Positions 44,526-53,534 of a DNA stretch of 64,000 nucleotides are shown in pieces. The position numbers and the translations under genes are program-made. The stretch spans positions 1,154-65,153 of the IMG/VR virus record IMGVR_UViG_3300035670_000193; one strand, written 5' to 3'. Position 1 is the stretch's first letter. Every line of letters begins with the position of its first letter. The notes under the pieces are model-generated. The model saw only the letters and a list, made by a program, of their open reading frames with translations. It made no database searches and was not told where the DNA came from. The stretch comes from a virus (lineage: Duplodnaviria; Caudoviricetes).

Positions 44526-46240
44526 TGATTATATTTGAAAAAGTTCGTTGGAAGAATTTTCTTTCAACTGGAGCCACATTTACAGAAATCAATCTAACAA
44601 AGTCACCAAATACACTCATTATTGGTAATAATGGTGCAGGTAAATCGACTGTTTTGGATGCTTTGTGTTTTGGTCTGTTTGGTAAACCATTCCGTAAGAT
44701 TAATAAACCACAACTTTTAAACTCAATCAACAAACAGCAATGTGTAGTTGAGATTGAGTTTTCTATTGGTAAAAAGAAATATAAAATTGTACGTGGAATA
44801 AAACCAAATGTCTTTGAAATTATCTGCAATGGAGAGACAATCAATCAAGATGCAGCATCAAAAGATTATCAAGAATACCTTGAGAAGTTTATTCTCAAAC
44901 TCAATTACAAATCCTTTACACAGATTGTGATTCTTGGTTCAGCTTCGTTCACACCATTTATGCAGTTATCTCCTGCTGACCGAAGAGCAATCATTGAAGA
45001 TTTGCTTGATATTCAAATCTTTTCCACCATGAACAGTTTAGTTAAAGAAAAACTTTCTGGTAATAAAGACTTGACTACACAGAAAAAACATGAAATAGTT
45101 TTAACTCAACAACAATATGATATACAGAAAAAACATATCGATGAATTGAAACAAAATAACGAAGACAAGGTAAAAGAATATGATGAAGAGATTCGAAGTC
45201 ATAGCGATACCGTATCCGCCTTACTCAGCAATGTTGCGACCCTTTCCACAGAAACAGAAGAACTCCAACTGGTTGTTGCGAATAAAATTGATACAGAGAC
45301 TAAGGTTAAGAAGATTACAAAACTTGAATCGCAAATTGAAAGCAACTTATCCAAATTTCGAAAGGATATCGGTTTCTTTCAATCGCATGATAATTGTCCA
45401 ACCTGTAGGCAAACCATTGCCAGTTCTTTTAAAGAAGAAGAACTTAGCAGTCTTTCTACCAAGGTTACAGAATGTGAACATGGACTCTCAGAAATAGAGA
45501 AAAAACTATTGGCAGAACAAGAAAAATTAAATGATATTAATGAGAAACAAAAACTTATTAACATCAAACAAGTTCAAATCGCAACCTGTAATGCTACAAT
45601 TACTGAAACAAACAAATACATTCAAAAGTTGCGTGGCATGATTGAAGAACTTAAAAATTCTAAAGTAGTAACAGACTTAGAAGAACAACAATTAAAAGAA
45701 CTCAAGGTGACTTTAAGTACATTGCAATCAGACTTAAAAGATTTAATTGAAGAAAAATCATACTATGAATTCTCTTCTACATTGTTGAAAGATACTGGTA
45801 TAAAAACAAGAATTATTAAACAGTATTTACCAATCATCAATAAATTGGTAAACAAATATTTGGCCGCACTTGATTTCTTTGTTAAGTTTGATATTAATGA
45901 AAATTTTGAAGAGTCTATTAAGAGTAGACACCGTGATGAATTTTCTTATGCCAATTTTTCTGAGGGGGAGAAAATGCGTATCGATTTGGCACTATTATTC
46001 ACATGGCGTCAAATTGCAAAACTTAAAAATTCAACTAACACCAATTTGTTAATACTAGATGAAGTGTTTGATTCTAGCCTTGATGCCGTTGGTACAGAAG
46101 AATTTTTAAAATTGATGAATGAAATGGGACACGATACAAATATATTTGTTATTTCTCATAAAGGTGACCAACTGTTTGATAAGTTTAGGTCAGTTATTAA
46201 ATTTGAAAAGAAAAATAATTTTTCACAGGTGGCAAAATGA
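44525..46240 (+). CDS. gp46: Recombination ATPase gp46 (Rad50/SbcC-like)
   Basis: GNNGAGKS, CPTC zinc hook, FSEGEK, LDEVFD, ISHK. Confidence 0.93.
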   Translation: MIIFEKVRWKNFLSTGATFTEINLTKSPNTLIIGNNGAGKSTVLDALCFGLFGKPFRKINKPQLLNSINKQQCVVEIEFSIGKKKYKIVRGIKPNVFEIICNGETINQDAASKDYQEYLEKFILKLNYKSFTQIVILGSASFTPFMQLSPADRRAIIEDLLDIQIFSTMNSLVKEKLSGNKDLTTQKKHEIVLTQQQYDIQKKHIDELKQNNEDKVKEYDEEIRSHSDTVSALLSNVATLSTETEELQLVVANKIDTETKVKKITKLESQIESNLSKFRKDIGFFQSHDNCPTCRQTIASSFKEEELSSLSTKVTECEHGLSEIEKKLLAEQEKLNDINEKQKLINIKQVQIATCNATITETNKYIQKLRGMIEELKNSKVVTDLEEQQLKELKVTLSTLQSDLKDLIEEKSYYEFSSTLLKDTGIKTRIIKQYLPIINKLVNKYLAALDFFVKFDINENFEESIKSRHRDEFSYANFSEGEKMRIDLALLFTWRQIAKLKNSTNTNLLILDEVFDSSLDAVGTEEFLKLMNEMGHDTNIFVISHKGDQLFDKFRSVIKFEKKNNFSQVAK

Positions 46241-46815
46241 GTCAAATTCTTACAATCAATACAGCAGATGCCTTAACTGGTGATTATTTACAACCTAAAA
46301 AAGAAGTTGCCATATTAAATTTAGTAGGAGAAGATAATCCTATTTTAAAAGAAGTTATGCCAAATTTTAATTTTGACAATCCACCCACAGATGCAAATGC
46401 ACTAGCTTCTTCTTTAGTTGAAACTTGTAAACAACACAGAGGATATGGATTGTCAGCAAATCAATGTGGTTTGAGATATCGTGTTTTTGTTATGGGTACT
46501 GGTGATGATTATGTGGCATTCTTTAATCCAAAAATAATTAAAGAATCTGAGGAACAATCGTATATGGTTGAAGGATGTTTATCGTTTCCTTTACTTGGGC
46601 TTAAAATCTCCAGACCTTCTATCATTGAAGTTGAATACCAAGATTTTACTGGCACAGTTCGGCAAACAAAATTGAGTGGCATTTCTGCACGTTGTTTCCA
46701 ACATGAGCTTGACCATATGAATGGAGTGTTGTATACTAAAAAAGTAAAGCCTGTTGCTTTGGCACTTGGTATCAAAAAACGAAATAAAATGATGAGAGGT
46801 TTGAGAATTAAATAA
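46237..46815 (+). CDS. def: Peptide deformylase
   Basis: GLSANQ, EGCLS and QHELDH signature motifs. Confidence 0.92.
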   Translation: MSQILTINTADALTGDYLQPKKEVAILNLVGEDNPILKEVMPNFNFDNPPTDANALASSLVETCKQHRGYGLSANQCGLRYRVFVMGTGDDYVAFFNPKIIKESEEQSYMVEGCLSFPLLGLKISRPSIIEVEYQDFTGTVRQTKLSGISARCFQHELDHMNGVLYTKKVKPVALALGIKKRNKMMRGLRIK

Positions 46816-48074
46816 TGGCAACTCCAATAGAGTATGTAGACAAACAATGGTCGGAGTGGATTGAAAAAAATTCACAAATAGACCATATTGATACCAATGG
46901 TGTAAAAGAAGCTCTCATTAAAGATTTGACTTATGCATCACAAATGGATGTGCGAGAATATACATTGTATCAAAAGTGGTGTGAAGTAAAAGAAAGATAT
47001 CCTGTTGATGAAGTCAGCACTCTTTGGGGACCTGAACTTCAAATGATTTATCCAGAACAAAAGAAACTTATTGATGAAGTAAAATCTAATTTTTGGATGC
47101 CAAAAGAACCAGACGATTATGAAAAACTAAAACCTAGAATGATGTTGTCGAATGGTGATTTAGCGGAAACCTGGAATGCCATACGAACATTTTCTTCCAC
47201 AATGAAAAACAATTCTAACATTGGAAGAAATCTTTTTTATACTGTTGTTGATGAAGTTACTGGAAAATATCTTGGTGTCATATGCATTTCTTCTGATTTC
47301 TTAGATTTGACACCTAGAGATAGTGCTATTGGTTGGCCAAGAGATGTAAAGACACAACAAGGTATGATTAATCATACAGCAATTGGTTCTACTATTGTGC
47401 CTCTACAACCATTAGGTTATAATTATATGGGTGGCAAATTACTTGCCCTATTGTGTCTCTCTGATACTGTTCAAAAAGACTGGAAGGACAGGTATGGAGA
47501 CATCCTGGTCGGTGTTACGACAACTTCTCTATACGGCAACACAAAATCTAATGGACTGTCACAATATGATGGGTTAGAACATTGGAACAAGATGGGATTC
47601 TCTTCTGGTTCAGTCGCATTTGAACCATCAAGAAAGACCAGTAGAATGGTATTTAATTGGATTAAAGAAAACCATACTAGAAAATATTTTGAGTGGTGGG
47701 AGGCCAAAAACACACAAGGATTACCACTTAAACGTGACCATAAAAACAGGTCACTAAACTTTGCCTACTCAAAACTTTCCATTCCTAAAAATTTAATTAG
47801 AACGGAACACCAGAGGGGCATCTATTTTTCGTATTTGTATAACAATACATCCGAATTCCTCCGTAAAGAAATTACGGAAGAAAAACTGGTAAAGTCGTTT
47901 GATACCAGTGAAGATACCCTTGCCAATATTTGGAAAACCAAGTATGCTAAGGGTCGTATATCGATGTTAAAGAAAAAGAATACCGTTTCGTATGATTCTC
48001 TTTTCTATGACGATTTGATATACTTGTCTTGGGAAGAAACCAAGGCAAAATATTTACCACAAGTTGGTAGATAA
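46815..48074 (+). CDS. DUF4338-like protein (DruA-related domain), function unknown
   Basis: GRNLFYTVVD..TGKYLG, P.QPLGYN..GGKLLALL, TTTSLYG..SQY motifs; family recognised from memory. Confidence 0.55.
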   Translation: MATPIEYVDKQWSEWIEKNSQIDHIDTNGVKEALIKDLTYASQMDVREYTLYQKWCEVKERYPVDEVSTLWGPELQMIYPEQKKLIDEVKSNFWMPKEPDDYEKLKPRMMLSNGDLAETWNAIRTFSSTMKNNSNIGRNLFYTVVDEVTGKYLGVICISSDFLDLTPRDSAIGWPRDVKTQQGMINHTAIGSTIVPLQPLGYNYMGGKLLALLCLSDTVQKDWKDRYGDILVGVTTTSLYGNTKSNGLSQYDGLEHWNKMGFSSGSVAFEPSRKTSRMVFNWIKENHTRKYFEWWEAKNTQGLPLKRDHKNRSLNFAYSKLSIPKNLIRTEHQRGIYFSYLYNNTSEFLRKEITEEKLVKSFDTSEDTLANIWKTKYAKGRISMLKKKNTVSYDSLFYDDLIYLSWEETKAKYLPQVGR

Positions 48075-48148
48075 TGTGTACTATTATATACAAAAACTTA
48101 GGTTATTGGCGATAATAGGATACATGAACAAGTATACCACAAATATGC

Positions 48149-48178
48149 TTGACACACACACATATATAATAGTATGAT
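48149..48178 (+). promoter_or_regulatory. sigma70-type promoter of the small HTH gene
   Basis: TTGACA, 18 nt, TATGAT. Confidence 0.55.
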
Positions 48179-48240
48179 GTGAGTACTCGTTAAGACAACA
48201 GCGAGATTTATTATTAACTTTTAATTAGGAGTCTTTTATA

Positions 48241-48510
48241 ATGGCTAAATTGTCTGCTAAACAGCGTATGTTGAACGCTCTTCTTCAAACCGAAGGTTAC
48301 AACACCTTTACTACCGAACAAGCTCAGCGTCGTTTCGGTATCAGCAATGTTTCTGCTCGTATTTCTGAACTGCGTCAAGAAGGCTATGCCATCTACGCAA
48401 ACAAGAAAAACGTTGATGGTGAAGCAAAAACTTTCTATCGTCTTGGAACACCTTCTAAGACATTTAAGGCACAATGCCGTGCAAATGGCGTTCGCCCACA
48501 ATCAGTCTAA
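48241..48510 (+). CDS. Small winged-HTH DNA-binding protein
   Basis: FGISNVSARISELRQEGYAI...YRL pattern; AGGAG RBS. Confidence 0.7.
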   Translation: MAKLSAKQRMLNALLQTEGYNTFTTEQAQRRFGISNVSARISELRQEGYAIYANKKNVDGEAKTFYRLGTPSKTFKAQCRANGVRPQSV

Positions 48511-48522
48511 TATAGACTAATC

Positions 48523-48562
48523 AATAGGGACTCTCCACGAAAGTGGCAGTCCCTATTTTTTT
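48523..48562 (+). terminator. Rho-independent terminator after the HTH gene
   Basis: aatagggact..ccac-gaaa-gtgg..agtccctatt followed by a T tract. Confidence 0.8.
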
Positions 48563-48577
48563 ATTTACGGAGCTCAA

Positions 48578-49474
48578 ATGGAAATTCAAATTAACGTAGA
48601 TGAACTAAGAAAAAAGAAATTATTTGTAGCTACACCAATGTATGGTGGTCAGAACTACGGTCTATACATGAAAGCTTGCCTTGATTTGCAAGGGCTCTGT
48701 ATGCAGTATGGTATTCAGGTAAAATTTTCTTTCTTGTTTAATGAATCATTAATCACACGTGCTAGAAATTATCTTGTTGATGAATTCTTAAATCGTTCTG
48801 ATTGCACACATATGTTGTTTATCGATTCCGATATTCACTACAATCCACAAGATGTAATTGCACTTCTTGCTTTGGACAAAGATGTGATTGGTGGTCCTTA
48901 TCCTAAGAAAGCAATTAAATGGCGAGCAGTTAAACGTGCTTTGGAAAAGAATCCAACAATGGAAGCAAGTATGTTGGACAACGTAACTGGTGATTATGTT
49001 TTCAATCCAGTAAAAGGTACTGCACAGTTTCAAGTTACAGAACCACTAGAAGTACTAGAAATTGGTACAGGCTTTATGATGATTAAGCGTGAAGTTTTTG
49101 AAAAATGGGAAAAAGCATACCCTAAATTCCGTTACAAACCAGACCATGTTGGTCAAGCACACTTTGATGGCACACGTTACATTCACGCATATTTTGATAC
49201 CGTGATTGATAATGGTTATTCTTTTGATGAAGCACATCGATTGATGGAAAAAGCTGCTAATGGTGAAAATGTAAAAGAAGATTTTAAGAATCTTTTGGAA
49301 AGAGAAAAAGAAGCATCACATCGTTATCTTTCTGAAGATTATATGTTCTGCCAATACTGGCGAAACATTGGTGGTAAAATTTATTTGTGTCCTTGGATGA
49401 GAACATCACACATCGGAACATATCATTTCAAAGGTGATATGCCTGCTGTGGCTAATTTTGTCGGAGAAATGTAA
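48578..49474 (+). CDS. GT-A fold glycosyltransferase-like protein
   Basis: VATPMYGG, ESLITRARN, FIDSD (DxD), GTGFMMI, YLSEDY.FC motifs. Confidence 0.7.
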   Translation: MEIQINVDELRKKKLFVATPMYGGQNYGLYMKACLDLQGLCMQYGIQVKFSFLFNESLITRARNYLVDEFLNRSDCTHMLFIDSDIHYNPQDVIALLALDKDVIGGPYPKKAIKWRAVKRALEKNPTMEASMLDNVTGDYVFNPVKGTAQFQVTEPLEVLEIGTGFMMIKREVFEKWEKAYPKFRYKPDHVGQAHFDGTRYIHAYFDTVIDNGYSFDEAHRLMEKAANGENVKEDFKNLLEREKEASHRYLSEDYMFCQYWRNIGGKIYLCPWMRTSHIGTYHFKGDMPAVANFVGEM

Positions 49475-49842
49475 TGAACAATTGGCGTGTAACTTATGAT
49501 GATGAAGTAAAATCATCACAAACTGCCACTACTGGTGGTCGTAAGTTTGATGGTGGTAAACTACAATATGGTTTGTTGCCGCCACTTGCACTTAAAGCTA
49601 CTGTTGATGTACTAACTTTTGGTGCGGAAAAATATGAACCAAATAATTGGAAGTATGTTCCTGATTCAAAACGTAGATACTTTGATGCTTTAAATCGGCA
49701 TCTTTGGGCATGGAAAGAGGGGGAACAAATTGACCCCGAATCTGGTAGACACCATTTGGCACACGCTTTGTGCTGCTTGATGTTTTTGTATGAACATGAT
49801 ATACTATATTCTGTTAATGATAATGATGAGGTGAAAAAATGA
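49474..49842 (+). CDS. DUF5664-like protein (dATP/dGTP diphosphohydrolase N-terminal family)
   Basis: KFDGGK...LLP, VLTFGAEKY..NNW, RH..AW..GE..DPESG.HHLAHA.C. Confidence 0.75.
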   Translation: MNNWRVTYDDEVKSSQTATTGGRKFDGGKLQYGLLPPLALKATVDVLTFGAEKYEPNNWKYVPDSKRRYFDALNRHLWAWKEGEQIDPESGRHHLAHALCCLMFLYEHDILYSVNDNDEVKK

Positions 49843-50513
49843 AACTTTCTAGTGAAACACTAACCGTACTTAAAAACTTTGCTTCAATTAATGAAGGCAT
49901 TGAATTTAAAAAAGGTACAAAACTGGCAACCGTATCTGGTAACAAAACTGTCTTGGCTGAAGCAGTCTTAAAAGATTCTTTTACAGATGAATTTTGTGTG
50001 GATGATTTGAATGAGTTTTTGTCTGTACATTCTTTGTTCCAAGACAAAGCTGAATTATCTTTTGATGACCATAACATCTTGTTTCAAAGTGGTCGACACA
50101 AGATTAAATATCGTAAAACATCCAAAAATATGATTGTAGTTCCACCTGACCGGTCAATTACTCTTCCATCTGAAGATGTTAAATTTACTTTGAGTTCTGA
50201 AGACTTGGATTGGATTATGAAAACATCTAGGGTTCTTTCTTCACCCAACGTTGCTGTTCAATCTGATGGTAACACAGTACAAATCGTAACCTTTGATGCC
50301 ACTAATGATGCAGCACATACAAACTCAATTGACCTAAGTATTCAATCTGATAAAAAATATAAAATTGTATTTTCTATTGACAACATCAAACTAATTCCTG
50401 GTTCTTATGATGTTACAGTTTGTTTCAAAGGTTTGACACATTTTAAAAATACTAAAGATAATATTCAATACTGGATTGCATCTGAAGCTAAATATACAAA
50501 AGTAGGAGAATAA
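49839..50513 (+). CDS. gp45: Sliding clamp gp45
   Basis: MKLSSETLTVLKNFASIN and DLNEFL, ending YWIA.E. Confidence 0.9.
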   Translation: MKLSSETLTVLKNFASINEGIEFKKGTKLATVSGNKTVLAEAVLKDSFTDEFCVDDLNEFLSVHSLFQDKAELSFDDHNILFQSGRHKIKYRKTSKNMIVVPPDRSITLPSEDVKFTLSSEDLDWIMKTSRVLSSPNVAVQSDGNTVQIVTFDATNDAAHTNSIDLSIQSDKKYKIVFSIDNIKLIPGSYDVTVCFKGLTHFKNTKDNIQYWIASEAKYTKVGE

Positions 50514-50514
50514 T

Positions 50515-50706
50515 ATGTTATTGACATTTACAGATGCAAATAATGGGCAAACATTTGCTTTGAATCCAAAATTTATTGTTGGTGTTTTTGTTGGTGTTGA
50601 AGATAATGTTAAGGATAAAACACTCATTGCTCTTTCAACTGGTACCGTTGTTGTTAAAGAGTCATATTTGGAGGTTGTTGGTCTAATTCAAGGAGAACTC
50701 CATTAA
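50515..50706 (+). CDS. Small hypothetical protein (FlbD-like beta fold)
   Basis: AGGAG RBS; LNPKFI..T.I.L..G..VV.ES..EV pattern. Confidence 0.5.
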   Translation: MLLTFTDANNGQTFALNPKFIVGVFVGVEDNVKDKTLIALSTGTVVVKESYLEVVGLIQGELH

Positions 50707-50707
50707 T

Positions 50708-51352
50708 ATGGAACCTTTAATCGTTGACAATTTTTTGCCTAGTATGTACATCGATTCGTTGTATAATCTTTTGACACATCAAGATACAGAATTGCAATGG
50801 CATTTTGCTAAATTTTCTTCTTATCGAGAAGAACCAGAAGAAGGCACTTTTAATGGTCTTAGTTTTAGAGAAGCTTTTAGGGTTAAAGAACCAACAAAAG
50901 ACCATGCGAGATGTACACATTCTTTCATAGTTGATGACATTGCATTATCTGAAAAGTATTACAAATTTGTTTTACCTTTAGTTGCTCAGTTTGAAAACTA
51001 CATGAGCACTAAAGTAAAAAAAACAAATAGAATTAAAGCAAATATGCTTTTTAATATGGAAGGTGTAAAACTTCAGCCCCCTCATGTTGATGGACAAGGT
51101 ATTGGAGAAGATGGTGTTGTGGAGTGTGTTGGTAAAAAGTCTTTACTTTATTATGTGAATAATTCCGATGGTGATACCGTTTTTTATAATGAAAAATATA
51201 CGGGTCAACCATTAGACTATCTAACAGAAAAAATGAGAGTTTCGCCTAAAAAAGGCCGAGCAGTTATTTTCGATTCAAACCAAGTACACGCTGCAAGTAT
51301 TCCAACTGAAAAAGCCTATAGAGTTGTAATTAATTGTATTTTTACTGTATGA
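50708..51352 (+). CDS. 2OG-Fe(II) oxygenase
   Basis: PHVD, LYYVNNSDGDT, PKKGRAVIFD...HA..P...R.VIN. Confidence 0.8.
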   Translation: MEPLIVDNFLPSMYIDSLYNLLTHQDTELQWHFAKFSSYREEPEEGTFNGLSFREAFRVKEPTKDHARCTHSFIVDDIALSEKYYKFVLPLVAQFENYMSTKVKKTNRIKANMLFNMEGVKLQPPHVDGQGIGEDGVVECVGKKSLLYYVNNSDGDTVFYNEKYTGQPLDYLTEKMRVSPKKGRAVIFDSNQVHAASIPTEKAYRVVINCIFTV

Positions 51353-51379
51353 TGAATTTTTATATTATGGAGTTATTGA

Positions 51380-52312
51380 ATGGAACACTTACTGTGGGTG
51401 GAAAAATATCGTCCTAAAAAAGTTGAAGATTGTATTCTACCAGAAGCAATCAAAAATACTTTTCAAGAATTTGTAAATCGCAAAGAAATACCAAATCTTC
51501 TTCTGTCTGGCACAGCCGGTGTGGGTAAAACCACTATTGCAAAAGCCTTGTGTGAAGAAGTTGGTTGTGATTACATTATCATTAATGGTTCTGACGAATC
51601 TGGAATTGACGTTCTCAGAACTAAAATCAAAAGTTATGCCTCTTCTGTCAGTCTTTCTGGTGGTCGAAAGGTCATCATTATCGATGAGGCAGACTATCTA
51701 AATCCAAATTCAACTCAACCTGCGCTGCGTGGTGCAATTGAGGAATATGCGGAGAACTGTTCTTTCATCTTTACCTGTAATTTTAAAACTCGAATTATTG
51801 ACCCAATTCATTCTCGTTGTTCAGTAATCGATTTCAAAATGAATGGTTCTAAAGCAAAGATGGCTGCACAATTCTTTAAACGTGTAGAATGGATTCTGGA
51901 ACAAGAAGGTATTACATACAAAAAAGAAGTTGTTGCTAATATTGTAACAAAATACTTTCCTGATAATCGCCGTATTCTGAATGAGTTACAAAGATATTCT
52001 ATCTCTGGCACTATTGATGAGAGTACTCTAACACACATTTCGGATATTCAAATTGAAAGTCTTATCAAAGCACTTAAAGAAAAAGACTTTTCTTCCACTA
52101 GAAAATGGGTAACAAGTAATTTGGATAATGACCCCGTAAGATTGTTTCGTAAACTTTACGAAGGGCTTTATGAAGTTCTAAAACCAAATTCTGTTCCACA
52201 ACTTGTTTTAATTCTTGCCAAATATCAATATCAAGCTGCTTTTGTTGCTGACCAAGAAATTAACACTATCGCTTGTCTAACTGAAATTATGGTAGACTGT
52301 GAGTTTAAATGA
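51380..52312 (+). CDS. gp44: Clamp loader large subunit gp44
   Basis: WVEKYRP, GTAGVGKTT, DEAD, SRC. Confidence 0.93.
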   Translation: MEHLLWVEKYRPKKVEDCILPEAIKNTFQEFVNRKEIPNLLLSGTAGVGKTTIAKALCEEVGCDYIIINGSDESGIDVLRTKIKSYASSVSLSGGRKVIIIDEADYLNPNSTQPALRGAIEEYAENCSFIFTCNFKTRIIDPIHSRCSVIDFKMNGSKAKMAAQFFKRVEWILEQEGITYKKEVVANIVTKYFPDNRRILNELQRYSISGTIDESTLTHISDIQIESLIKALKEKDFSSTRKWVTSNLDNDPVRLFRKLYEGLYEVLKPNSVPQLVLILAKYQYQAAFVADQEINTIACLTEIMVDCEFK

Positions 52313-52710
52313 GTTTATGGGGTGATGAGAATTTAGGCAAAATGAAAGTTTGCGCTAAATGCAAACAAGAATTGCCTATAACTTCATTTGCAAAAGCGAA
52401 TGGAAATTACCCAAGGTCTGAATGTAGAGAATGTGGTAAAAGACAAGCAAAAATTAGAGAAGAATTAAAACGTCAACACCAGAAACCTGATGAAACCTAC
52501 ATATGTCCTGTGTGCAAAAGAGACTATGAGGCTGTTAAATTTAATGGTTTTCGTCATGGTGGATGGTGTTTAGACCATGACCACAAAACAGGTCAATTTA
52601 GAGGTTGGTTATGCCACGATTGTAACAAAGCTCTTGGTTTTTTTAAAGATGATGTTACACTTTTGAAATCTGCTATTGAATATATTGAAAATAATGAACA
52701 CACCCTTTGA
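52309..52710 (+). CDS. Endonuclease VII-like HNH nuclease
   Basis: CxxC pairs and LDHDHKTGQFRGWLCHDCNKALG. Confidence 0.85.
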   Translation: MSLWGDENLGKMKVCAKCKQELPITSFAKANGNYPRSECRECGKRQAKIREELKRQHQKPDETYICPVCKRDYEAVKFNGFRHGGWCLDHDHKTGQFRGWLCHDCNKALGFFKDDVTLLKSAIEYIENNEHTL

Positions 52711-53074
52711 ATATGTTGATTTAATTTTAAAGAAAAAGACAACCAAAGAAGAGTTGGACTTTAAAAACTACCAACCTTTTATTGTCAATAGGTCATTATC
52801 GTACCATTTAGATTGTATACCTTATGTCAACGAAATGAATATGTACCCAGGTACAGATAAAGATATGCAATACCAGTATTTTCTAAATAGTATAAGGTCT
52901 ATGAAACGGAAATTCGAACCGTGGCAGAAATCAGAGACCGACAAAAATATAGAATCCGTAAAAAAATACTTTGGTTATTCTAATGAAAAAGCCAAAGAAG
53001 CTTTGCGTATTTTAACTGATGAACAAGTCGCTGAAATTAAAAGAATAACAACAAAAGGCGGAGTGACCAAGTAA
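52694..53074 (+). CDS. gp62: Clamp loader small subunit gp62
   Basis: YQPFIVNRSLS, NEMN, QY.YF.NSIR, YFGYSNEKAKEAL. Confidence 0.88.
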   Translation: MNTPFEYVDLILKKKTTKEELDFKNYQPFIVNRSLSYHLDCIPYVNEMNMYPGTDKDMQYQYFLNSIRSMKRKFEPWQKSETDKNIESVKKYFGYSNEKAKEALRILTDEQVAEIKRITTKGGVTK

Positions 53075-53478
53075 TGATTTCAATATCTAGTTTAATTGAA
53101 GTAACACTAAAAGAAAAAGACGACTTTTTAAAGGTTCGTGAAACACTTACACGAATTGGAGTTGCATCTAAAAAAGAAAGAACATTGTACCAATCTTGCC
53201 ATATCTTACATAAACAAGGCAAATATTATATCGTACACTTTAAAGAATTATTTGCACTTGATGGCAAAGAAACCGATATAACAGAAAACGATTTGGCAAG
53301 ACGCAACGCAATTGCAAAACTACTAGAGGATTGGGAACTAGTTAAGATTGTCAATAAAACTCAAGCAGAAACTCCAACACCAATATTTCTCTCTCAAATC
53401 AAAATAATATCACATAAAGAAAAAGATGATTGGGAATTAGTACCAAAGTATAATATTGGTAAAAAATCTAATCAATAA
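53074..53478 (+). CDS. regA: Translational repressor RegA
   Basis: DDFLKVRETLTRIGVAS and LYQSCHILHKQGKYYIVHFKELF. Confidence 0.95.
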   Translation: MISISSLIEVTLKEKDDFLKVRETLTRIGVASKKERTLYQSCHILHKQGKYYIVHFKELFALDGKETDITENDLARRNAIAKLLEDWELVKIVNKTQAETPTPIFLSQIKIISHKEKDDWELVPKYNIGKKSNQ

Positions 53479-53534
53479 AAAACTGAATATATAATTGGTC
53501 CGCATTTGCGGAGGCAACTTGAGAAGGAGTAATT

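Noticed and set aside
46815-48074. A complete Druantia defence system
   Set aside because: Only a DUF4338-like gene is present; there is no DruE-type helicase or other partner in the window.
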